In this document: piece after piece, positions 25,520 through 33,073 of the stretch
Position numbering within the stretch: the stretch's first letter is position 1
Layout: each line of letters starts with the position of its first letter
Virus record (IMG/VR): IMGVR_UViG_3300016476_000218
Location: 1-33,073 of that record
DNA from: a virus
Lineage: Duplodnaviria; Caudoviricetes
DNA: 33,073 nucleotides
Strand: one strand, 5' to 3'
Position numbers and translations under genes: made by a program
Notes under the pieces: generated by a model
Database searches by the model: none
What the model was told of the DNA's origin: nothing
What the model saw: only the letters and a program-made list of their open reading frames with translations

Positions 25520-26427
25520 TAGTTGTCCCAGTAAATGTAAGCACGACTGAAATTAACAGTTCTATTTAGACTGTCACTAAAGGCTTTGTACCATTCAGTA
25601 TCACGATTATACCCTTTAGTCCAGAATTTGTCAATCTGATATTCGGGGTTCTGTACCAAACTGCGAGCTAGTTCCATGCTGTTTATAAATGTATGATGGC
25701 GGGGGCTGGGAAATACCATTGTGCAGGCATTCCAAAGTAGTTTGCTGAAGTCTGTTAATACACTGCGCTGAGAACCCAATATGACCAGTGCGCCTGGATT
25801 AGTAACATCGTCGTGAAATACTTCTGTGCCATACTTGAGATCCAGTATAACATCATACTGACCTTGCAGTTTGTCTTTCAATTGAACATTAGCACTGTCC
25901 CATAAGTCACGATTGCTGTGACCTATAACTTCGATGTCGAATTTGAGATCTAGTTCTTGTATAGTGCAGTAGGCTACCCATGCAAGAAAACCACTGCCAA
26001 TAATAGCAAATCTAACATTGGCGCCTTCTTTGTTTTTAAGTGCACTTAGTGGCTGTGTAATACAGTTCACACCACAGGCAATGGGTTCTAATATAAACTT
26101 TGGTTCAGCAGCAGGCACTGTAACATAAGTGCCTTTGTCTGCATTGTAGTAGTCAGCATATGCAGGTTCGCCACGAGTAGCAACATAGTCGCCCACCTTA
26201 CAATCTGTGATGTTGGCACCTACTGCAACAACCTGCCCCAGGCCTTCATGCCCTTGCATACCCAGAGGTAGTGGACCAAACTTACCCTGCATCATGTCCA
26301 CATCACTGCGACATACCCCAGTCATCACTGCTTTAACACGGATCTGATCATCATTGTAAATGGGAACAGACCATTCTACTTCTTCAAAATAACCCTTGCC
26401 TTCTGTTGCTAATAATCTTGTCTTCAT
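25519..26427 (-). CDS. Medium-chain (Zn-type) alcohol dehydrogenase-like oxidoreductase
   Basis: GVCRSD, GHEGLG, VGDYV, EPIAC and IIGSGFL; likely start MKTRLL at 26427 (ATGA overlap). Confidence 0.88.
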   Translation of the reverse strand: MKTRLLATEGKGYFEEVEWSVPIYNDDQIRVKAVMTGVCRSDVDMMQGKFGPLPLGMQGHEGLGQVVAVGANITDCKVGDYVATRGEPAYADYYNADKGTYVTVPAAEPKFILEPIACGVNCITQPLSALKNKEGANVRFAIIGSGFLAWVAYCTIQELDLKFDIEVIGHSNRDLWDSANVQLKDKLQGQYDVILDLKYGTEVFHDDVTNPGALVILGSQRSVLTDFSKLLWNACTMVFPSPRHHTFINSMELARSLVQNPEYQIDKFWTKGYNRDTEWYKAFSDSLNRTVNFSRAYIYWDN

Positions 26428-27299
26428 GATATCTTTTCTACTATACTGTGTATCCAAAGGTCAATTTCTTTTTGATGCTGCCACCAATCATCGTTTTTAA
26501 TGTTGTTTAGTGCGTCTGTGATCATTGCAGCATATGCTTCTTCGGGGCAAAGTCCTAAATTAATCTTGCCTTGCTCCCATCCGCCTTTTACATAACGAAT
26601 AGAACGATCATCCATATTTCTAGTGCGCCAGTTGGCAGTTAATATGTATTCTACATTCTTGTATGCAAATACTAATTGAGCAACATCGTCTACATCGTAA
26701 ACGCCGTTGGGATCAACTGTGCCATAATCTGTGTTCACTACATCGTTTAACTGCCATACTTGATTGGAAAATTTAGAAATTAAATCTGCTTTACGATACT
26801 CGTTTGGTAGCATCATAACAAAGATACTCAACAGGTGTGGCATCAAATCTCTACTGACACCTCCCCACGCTAATTCTTTTGTAGTAAACCAAGTGCCTGG
26901 GCTGGGTACACGATTTTCGTTTAGCCAACTGATAATGATGTTGCTGTTGTGTGCAACAGGATCAATATTGTCGCGCCACATGTTATTCTTGACCATCATA
27001 ATTCTAACAGTGGGATGACGATCCAGCAAACGCTGCCAATCTTCTGCTGTCTTTAATCCTGGTTTTTCCACAAACACAACATCGCTCAACCTTGCACAAA
27101 CTTCTGCATGTACTTCATGTAGAAAGTTTGGTGTGCAGACATGTGCTACTGTAAAGCGTCCTGCAACTTCTGCAATGTTGTTATAGGTGGGGTTTTTACT
27201 GCTGTCTTTGTCAACAGTAACCACAGACCACCCCATCTTCTCATAAACATCTTTGTAAAGATTACCGATACCTAGACCAAGAATTAATGCACGTTTCAT
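26424..27299 (-). CDS. Gfo/Idh/MocA family oxidoreductase
   Basis: ILGLGIG, VCTPNFLH, VFVEKP and GGVSRDLMPH. Confidence 0.9.
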   Translation of the reverse strand: MKRALILGLGIGNLYKDVYEKMGWSVVTVDKDSSKNPTYNNIAEVAGRFTVAHVCTPNFLHEVHAEVCARLSDVVFVEKPGLKTAEDWQRLLDRHPTVRIMMVKNNMWRDNIDPVAHNSNIIISWLNENRVPSPGTWFTTKELAWGGVSRDLMPHLLSIFVMMLPNEYRKADLISKFSNQVWQLNDVVNTDYGTVDPNGVYDVDDVAQLVFAYKNVEYILTANWRTRNMDDRSIRYVKGGWEQGKINLGLCPEEAYAAMITDALNNIKNDDWWQHQKEIDLWIHSIVEKIS

Positions 27300-28858
27300 T
27301 ATACAAACTCAAACAAATTGTTAAACTGCTCATTAGCACTATATGCAGGCTTTTTAGTATCGTTCTTGATTTGATCTTCAATGATTGCTGTAGCAGCATC
27401 TGGATCTTCGATCTCTTCGATATGCTTGTTGTACATAGTGCTGGCGTTGATAGTCTTTTTACCAACATAGCCTCTTTGTCCAATAATGCTGATCCAGAAC
27501 TTGTTATGCTCTTCAATCAGTTCATCTGCACGGCTAGTTGCTGCATTAGCAATGATCTCATCAACTACATCACGGAAGAAGTGAATATGCAAGCGATCAT
27601 CAATCAACATGTTGGGCATGATGCCTTGACTGTACAGCTCATTTGCACTGAGCACTGCATCAATATGCTTCCATACGTTATGTGCCATTTGAATAGCATA
27701 ACTGAAGCTGTCCCATGATGTCTTGCCTTCCTTACCGATCATGTTAAGATCGCCAGGGGCATAAGTGCAAATATCTTTTACCATGAGATGCTTGCTGAGA
27801 TGACTGTCAACAAATGTTGGAATACCTTCTGCACGAGCAACGTCACCATACAAGCGAGTGTCACGAGCATACTTCTTATCGTCCAACCCTGCTTCCATGC
27901 TGTAGGTCCACTTTTCACGATCATTCATGCGGGTTTCTGCATAAACAAGACCTTTAGCATTGGCCATAAACGGGCTTGCACAGTCAAAGCTGATAGTGAA
28001 CTTGGGATTATGATGCTTGCGAACTGCACGTTGAATGTCTGTAAGCAGCAACGCCCACTCTAGCTTGCTTGTGCCTAAGAAGTGCATCCAATCATGCACA
28101 CCTTCCTCCAGCAATCCGTCACGGATTAGCGCAACAACACGACGCAACACCAAATGAATGTCGCACATGTTCTGACCACCCATTGCCCACCCATTGAAGT
28201 GTGTTTGTGGATACTTCTTAGGATCGCAATAGTCTTTCATCTGCTGATACCAATCATCAGCTTCTGTGTGATTTTCGCCTTGTAGCACGTTTAAGAACTT
28301 GCAACGACCTGTGCGGTTTGCCATCCAGTAATCGTTGTTTACTCTCGTGCCTTTAACTGCTTCTGCATATGTAGAAATTCCCGTAGCTTTCGCTCCTTTA
28401 GGGCTGCGAGCAACCCAAGCGGGAATATCAAGCACCATGCCATAATCCATGTAAGCATCCATCCAACGCAATACGCCGTCACGCTTAGCATGTGCCTTAG
28501 GACAGTTAGGATCTTTCCAGTCACCTTCCCATACTCCTTTACCAATCTGGAACCCACCTGAGTCGCCCAATACAAAACTGCTGGGGTTACGGTTGCGAAC
28601 CATGTCTTCTTTTTCTTCTGGGCCAACATCTAAGATGGCATGGCCAGCTGAGTACAAGCACCAAGGATAATAAAAGTAGCTTTTATCGGGGTTCAGAAAA
28701 TCTAAACCTTGGATACCATGTTGCATGGCTTGTGGAATACGGTGTTGTTGAATTTTTTGCCCGTATTTGCAAATTTGAAAACTATAAAAACTACTGAGCG
28801 CAGGAAGGAATACTGCATAATCCTTCTGTCGCAACGCCATATTATCTTGAGGTATCAT
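27299..28858 (-). CDS. dpdA: tRNA-guanine-transglycosylase-fold protein, DpdA-like DNA base-exchange enzyme
   Basis: LGDSGGFQ, MVLDIP, NVLQG, GWAMGG, HFLG and SFDCAS match TGT-family motifs; neighbours include folE, queD and queE. Confidence 0.8.
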   Translation of the reverse strand: MIPQDNMALRQKDYAVFLPALSSFYSFQICKYGQKIQQHRIPQAMQHGIQGLDFLNPDKSYFYYPWCLYSAGHAILDVGPEEKEDMVRNRNPSSFVLGDSGGFQIGKGVWEGDWKDPNCPKAHAKRDGVLRWMDAYMDYGMVLDIPAWVARSPKGAKATGISTYAEAVKGTRVNNDYWMANRTGRCKFLNVLQGENHTEADDWYQQMKDYCDPKKYPQTHFNGWAMGGQNMCDIHLVLRRVVALIRDGLLEEGVHDWMHFLGTSKLEWALLLTDIQRAVRKHHNPKFTISFDCASPFMANAKGLVYAETRMNDREKWTYSMEAGLDDKKYARDTRLYGDVARAEGIPTFVDSHLSKHLMVKDICTYAPGDLNMIGKEGKTSWDSFSYAIQMAHNVWKHIDAVLSANELYSQGIMPNMLIDDRLHIHFFRDVVDEIIANAATSRADELIEEHNKFWISIIGQRGYVGKKTINASTMYNKHIEEIEDPDAATAIIEDQIKNDTKKPAYSANEQFNNLFEFV

Positions 28859-29139
28859 TCGAATTCACTTTCAAAACATTTAAATCCTGCTTGATGCTCA
28901 AATGTCAGCAGGCCTGCTCTTGCACTGTTGGGGTTAGTGCACACACCCCAATCAGCATCTTGTCCATCCCATTCCTTATCATAAAGTGGGACAAACCACT
29001 TACATCCTGCACTGCAATCTGGATAGTCAATATCAACATGTTTCCAACGTTCAATACTACCGCCATAATCGCGGTAGTCTGTAGGTAGTCGTTTAAGAAT
29101 GTCCCACTTATGATCTTTCATTGCCATTTGCAATAGCAC
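28855..29139 (-). CDS. Small Cys-rich protein (weak DUF3027-like pattern)
   Basis: CSAGCKWFVPL...WGVCTNP; start uncertain. Confidence 0.55.
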   Translation of the reverse strand: MLLQMAMKDHKWDILKRLPTDYRDYGGSIERWKHVDIDYPDCSAGCKWFVPLYDKEWDGQDADWGVCTNPNSARAGLLTFEHQAGFKCFESEFE

Positions 29140-29389
29140 TCCTGTAGCTAAGCCATGATTTAGTTCTGTCGCCTTTTGCGTTTATTTTTTTACCGCACTC
29201 GCTACATTCCCAAAAGAATGTCTCACTTGTAATAGGATTACCTTCATTCCAATTTGGATTTCTGGTAATTTCATGTGAACTTGGGGAGAACTTGTCAATA
29301 CATTGGTTAAATGAGCAAACAACTTCAACCCCGTCAACTATGCGGATGAACTTAACATCATTTTTCTTTTTGCTTAGCTTTTTAATCAT
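29108..29389 (-). CDS. Hypothetical Zn-ribbon protein
   Basis: CSFNQC and CSECG Cys pairs. Confidence 0.55.
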   Translation of the reverse strand: MIKKLSKKKNDVKFIRIVDGVEVVCSFNQCIDKFSPSSHEITRNPNWNEGNPITSETFFWECSECGKKINAKGDRTKSWLSYRSAIANGNERS

Positions 29390-29393
29390 AGTG

Positions 29394-30125
29394 TTATTTG
29401 CTCTGTGCAGGTAGAATGTACTCGTACTTGATTAGGCCGCTGTCTACAGTAAGCATAGCAGCACCATCATCACTGAAGTTCACAGTCTTGTCACCATCCA
29501 AGTTAAGGATGCTGAAGAACTGCACAACTGGCCAGCTCCAACCGCGAGTGAGTGTGCCTGTAACACCTGGCTGGAATACAAAGTTACCAGCGTGTGTGCT
29601 GTGATCACCAAAGTAGAACTTTAGATCACCATTTTCAGTCTTAGCAATAAACACTGTTTCGTCGCTGTTTGCCTGCATCTGAAACTTAAAGCGTTGGATA
29701 CCTGCCATAGTTGGTTCAAAGCTGACATTCCAGTTTGCACCACGAAACTTAGCACTCTTGATACGTTCGTTAATGACTTCTGTAGTCATAAAACGATAGT
29801 CATTGCGGAAGTCGCCTCCAGCATTTTCAAAGTGAATGCCTGTGGGCACAGTTTCGCCATTGCGATCTGCTGTCATCAGCTGAATGTTGGCATTCTCTTT
29901 GTATTCTGGAATATTCAAAATAGTGTTTAGCTTGCTCAAGTTAGGCATACCAAATACGCCTTTGAACTCTGGGTTAGCATTGTGGAAAGTGCCCTTTACT
30001 ACAATGCTCTTGTCATCTGCCATTGTGTCGATTACAGTTGATTGGTCGTCACCTGTGATCTTTACAACGCTGATATTGCCCAATGCGCTGGTATGATTAA
30101 CGATGTCTACTAGAAAATCTCTCAT
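29394..30125 (-). CDS. DNA polymerase sliding clamp (gp45/PCNA-like)
   Basis: About 243 aa with a two-domain beta pattern and a C-terminal YEYILPA, near the DNA polymerase; the start MRDF at 30125 follows AAGGA. Confidence 0.7.
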   Translation of the reverse strand: MRDFLVDIVNHTSALGNISVVKITGDDQSTVIDTMADDKSIVVKGTFHNANPEFKGVFGMPNLSKLNTILNIPEYKENANIQLMTADRNGETVPTGIHFENAGGDFRNDYRFMTTEVINERIKSAKFRGANWNVSFEPTMAGIQRFKFQMQANSDETVFIAKTENGDLKFYFGDHSTHAGNFVFQPGVTGTLTRGWSWPVVQFFSILNLDGDKTVNFSDDGAAMLTVDSGLIKYEYILPAQSK

Positions 30126-30149
30126 GTTGTTTCCTTTATCTTTCATATA

Positions 30150-31154
30150 TTACATTAATTCGTTTGGTTTATCAATAATTTTACCTAATACACTGCTGTT
30201 TTTAATATACTCTATTTCACCTGGTTTTTTACAAATAACATAACTTAATCTAAGTTCATCTGGTCTGCAAATTTGTTCAACTGAGTACCCAATTTGTTCC
30301 AATCCTTGTTTCAATTCTTCTGAATCAACAAGTCCCATAAATGTTTCTACAGCATGTTTGACACTCCACCAATCGTTGGAATTATTATAAGTGAAAACAT
30401 AAGTTCCACCTGGCATCAAACAGTTGAAAACATTTTTTGCTAAAACTAAAAGGTTTTCCAAATCCTCAAAGTTTATAAAATTGATGCAATATACAAATCC
30501 AAAACTAGTTTGGGGCAATGCTGATAGATCATATTGATCGATTTTGTATTTCATTAATCGTTTATTAGCATAATACTCGTTGAACTGACTGCTGACTTTT
30601 TCTATTAATAAATCATCCCAATCTGCAATGTATAAAGGTTCTGCACCTAAGGCATGTGGTAGCATGTCTCCTGTGCCTGGAAATATCTCCATAACAGGAT
30701 ATTCCCAGCTGCTATAAGCAGTGATTATTCCTTTGAATAAGTCGGATTCAAGTTCATTCTTCTTCCAACCTTCAAACCAAGTAATTCTGTTTTCTCCTGA
30801 CATATTCTTAATACGCTCTTTGGCATTATATAAGGATAAATCAAATTCTTTTAGTAGTTCTTTGTGATGCTTAATGTAGCGGTCTATCATTTCATAAAAT
30901 TTGTCTTCCATCTTAAGAATATCAGAAGTTAATTCACAAGATTTAGATAAACTCTGTAAATGATCAAATTTTTCATTCTGCATTACATCTAATAATTGAT
31001 TTTTTAAATTTAAAAAATGATTGATAAAATCGATAGATGGTAAGACATTTTTGTTTGTCTCGTTTATCTCTTCAATAATATCAATACATTCTTGTAAGTT
31101 ATTTAGAATTTTTGTTACGCCAACTGCTGGGTTCATGTTCTCATCCAAAATCAA
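30150..31154 (-). CDS. Coiled-coil plus degenerate class I methyltransferase-fold protein
   Basis: VMEIFPGTG, LYIAD, FGFVYCINF and LMPGGTYVFTY; AT-rich. Confidence 0.65.
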   Translation of the reverse strand: MILDENMNPAVGVTKILNNLQECIDIIEEINETNKNVLPSIDFINHFLNLKNQLLDVMQNEKFDHLQSLSKSCELTSDILKMEDKFYEMIDRYIKHHKELLKEFDLSLYNAKERIKNMSGENRITWFEGWKKNELESDLFKGIITAYSSWEYPVMEIFPGTGDMLPHALGAEPLYIADWDDLLIEKVSSQFNEYYANKRLMKYKIDQYDLSALPQTSFGFVYCINFINFEDLENLLVLAKNVFNCLMPGGTYVFTYNNSNDWWSVKHAVETFMGLVDSEELKQGLEQIGYSVEQICRPDELRLSYVICKKPGEIEYIKNSSVLGKIIDKPNELM

Positions 31155-33073
31155 ATAGGTTATCGAAAGTGTTACTGATGTTAGTTGCGTTGGTCAAGTC
31201 CCAACCAAGTACACCCAACAAGTTATCTACTTTCTGTGTTACGATAGTTTCTTCCATTTCTGCACCGTCAAATGGCATGTCTTTGAACCATTGAGGAATA
31301 CGACTTTCATCTGTAGGATAACCAATACTGGTCATGCCTAACGGATTAGGCTTTAGCTTACATACAATAGTTTTCATTCCGTCTACAATTTCAATACTGC
31401 GAGTATCGCTGTGCATGCGGCGCATGTTGTTCCAATTGATAGCTGCTCTAACGTGCCCTGGCATGTTGAACTTGCCATGCTTCTTTTCCATGTCGCCATA
31501 GTAAGTCAGCTTGTTAACACGCTTGGGTGTGCCTTTTTCCCAAGCAGGCAGTGCTTTGAACTCTTCCTTAAATGCTTTGATCTCTTCAACAATTTTATCT
31601 TTGCCTGCACCTTCCAACACTTGCAATAGAATTTTACTGAGGAAGTCCTGCACAATTTTGGGAGTGTCTGAACGCTTGAGGTCTAGCCCCATAGCCTTGA
31701 CCTTTCCGCTCTTGCCCTCAACGTCAAGCCTGTTGCCTTCAAGATCATAAATCAACACAGCATAACGCTTCTTGGTAATGAACAAGCCACTTGATGCAAC
31801 TAGTTCGCGCCCGCCTTTAATGATCTCACCATGCTCTAATGTGCAATGAAACGCACGATTCATAAAGCCTGGGAAACTTTCGTTTACAGTGTCAGCAATG
31901 GTATCGTATAGTTTAACACAGATATCTTTATCCCATTCCATGCGTCCTGCTGCAACATCGTCTTTGATCACAGGCCATGCGCTGAAGTAAACAGAGTCAG
32001 TATCACCATATATAACAGTCTTGCCCACATGGTCATACTCACCTGTTAAACATTCGTTCACAGTGGCATCCATGTGCTTGGCAATAACACGACCCGTTAG
32101 TGTGGTTGACTGACCAATCCGTCCGTCGAAGAATCTACAACCTGGATTCAAAATCGCTCCATACAAGCTATTTAGATTAATCTTCTTAACCAGCTGTCTT
32201 TTATCCCAGAACGCTTCCTCTTTTTTATCTTTAGCTGTTTTCTTTTTGGCTTGCAGTTCTTTACGTTCTGCATACCAACGAGCTAGCAGCCCAGGCACAA
32301 CACCTTCTTTTTCATATGTAAAGATAGTGCCGTTGGCGCTGAGGCAGTAAGGAGTGTTGCTGTCAAAGATAAAGCGGTACAGTTGGCGAGCAGTGAATAC
32401 TTCACTTTCTCCCGACTCCCAGTCCACAGTGATTTCCACAGCAGGATCTTGATTCATAACAGCTTGATATTCCAAGCTACCGAAAGTGTTTTCCCATGCG
32501 TCTGCGAAACTGCTGCCTTCAATCATTCTAGTCTTGATCTGATTGTCAGTCATGATAGGACGCAACTGTCCTACGATAGTTTCAATGCTCATGTTCAGCG
32601 CACGAATAGCTGACGGATACAGTGAGTTAATGTCAATAGCACCGATCCATTCGTGAATACCCTTTTTGGGATATGCAACATACGCACCTGCTGCTTGTGT
32701 GTTCTCGCCTTCCGCACGTTGCTTTCTGTTGGGAACAACCATGCCACGATGATGTGCTTCGTTAATGATAGCTTGTTCTGTCACTGCCACTGCACCCATT
32801 GTGGTTTGCAGCAACACAGTGTTGGCATGTGCCAGTTCATTAGCCAGATCAAGAAAGCGTAGTTTCTTGTCCAGCTTGTCCAGCAGTGCAACATCCTGTC
32901 GAGAATATGTAATGAAGGTTTCGAAGTCTCTGTTGTATAACTGATCTAGTGTGCCTTCATAAGCAGTCTTGCGCTCTTTAAGTTCATACTCGCCAATAGC
33001 ATCCAAGCTGTAGCTGTGGCGTTCTTCATAAGTGTACTTGCGATACAGTTCCATATAGTCCATGTGCACACGA
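31141..33073 (-). CDS. Family B DNA polymerase, 5' truncated by the window edge
   Basis: DINSLYPS, KINLNSLYG, YGDTDS and KKRY; exonuclease-III region YSRQD. Confidence 0.97.
   Translation of the reverse strand, partial: RVHMDYMELYRKYTYEERHSYSLDAIGEYELKERKTAYEGTLDQLYNRDFETFITYSRQDVALLDKLDKKLRFLDLANELAHANTVLLQTTMGAVAVTEQAIINEAHHRGMVVPNRKQRAEGENTQAAGAYVAYPKKGIHEWIGAIDINSLYPSAIRALNMSIETIVGQLRPIMTDNQIKTRMIEGSSFADAWENTFGSLEYQAVMNQDPAVEITVDWESGESEVFTARQLYRFIFDSNTPYCLSANGTIFTYEKEGVVPGLLARWYAERKELQAKKKTAKDKKEEAFWDKRQLVKKINLNSLYGAILNPGCRFFDGRIGQSTTLTGRVIAKHMDATVNECLTGEYDHVGKTVIYGDTDSVYFSAWPVIKDDVAAGRMEWDKDICVKLYDTIADTVNESFPGFMNRAFHCTLEHGEIIKGGRELVASSGLFITKKRYAVLIYDLEGNRLDVEGKSGKVKAMGLDLKRSDTPKIVQDFLSKILLQVLEGAGKDKIVEEIKAFKEEFKALPAWEKGTPKRVNKLTYYGDMEKKHGKFNMPGHVRAAINWNNMRRMHSDTRSIEIVDGMKTIVCKLKPNPLGMTSIGYPTDESRIPQWFKDMPFDGAEMEETIVTQKVDNLLGVLGWDLTNATNISNTFDNLFDFG

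Noticed and set aside
27299-28858. Canonical tRNA-modifying Tgt for queuosine
   Set aside because: It lacks the C-terminal CxCxxC zinc site of bacterial Tgt, is longer and divergent, and sits beside replication genes, so a DNA-acting DpdA-like role is preferred, though unproven.
1139-32862. Numerous short antisense or alternate-frame ORFs in the track (for example 1139..1492, 6507..6896, 10496..10759, 13473..13976, 27287..27718, 31411..31629)
   Set aside because: They lie within or largely overlap well-supported genes and lack an RBS or recognisable motifs; treated as shadow ORFs.
1-33073. tRNA/rRNA genes, CRISPR arrays, queC/queF, inteins and stop-codon reassignment
   Set aside because: None were seen. 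Intergenic gaps are short, conserved enzymes are of normal length and uninterrupted, and TAA, TAG and TGA all terminate genes.

Overview
This is a 33 kb fragment of a large lytic dsDNA (jumbo-type, distantly T4-like) bacteriophage genome, densely coding, mostly on the minus strand, in the standard genetic code. Read right to left it has four blocks. (1) Replication: family B DNA polymerase (cut by the window edge), a methyltransferase-like ORF and a sliding clamp. (2) A 7-deazaguanine DNA-modification neighbourhood: a TGT/DpdA-like transglycosylase, a Gfo/Idh/MocA oxidoreductase, a Zn-type dehydrogenase, a T-fold QueD paralogue with an LxxxHRHxF motif (DpdL-like), a glycosyltransferase, FolE, a SAM methyltransferase, QueD, QueE and a second radical SAM enzyme. 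No QueC is visible. (3) A 5'-3' exonuclease, and a MoxR-like AAA ATPase/vWA-peptidase pair split by a plus-strand block. (4) DHFR, thymidylate synthase and sugar-modification genes. The best non-coding observations are: a preQ1-I-riboswitch-like pseudoknot with an alternative anti-Shine-Dalgarno helix directly upstream of queD; an orphaned duplicate of the folE C-terminus marking an HNH endonuclease insertion that replaced the gene end; three promoters with leaderless-mRNA geometry; and a TA(TA)AATA late-promoter-like motif. All calls come from reading motifs by eye; no searches or folding programs were run.
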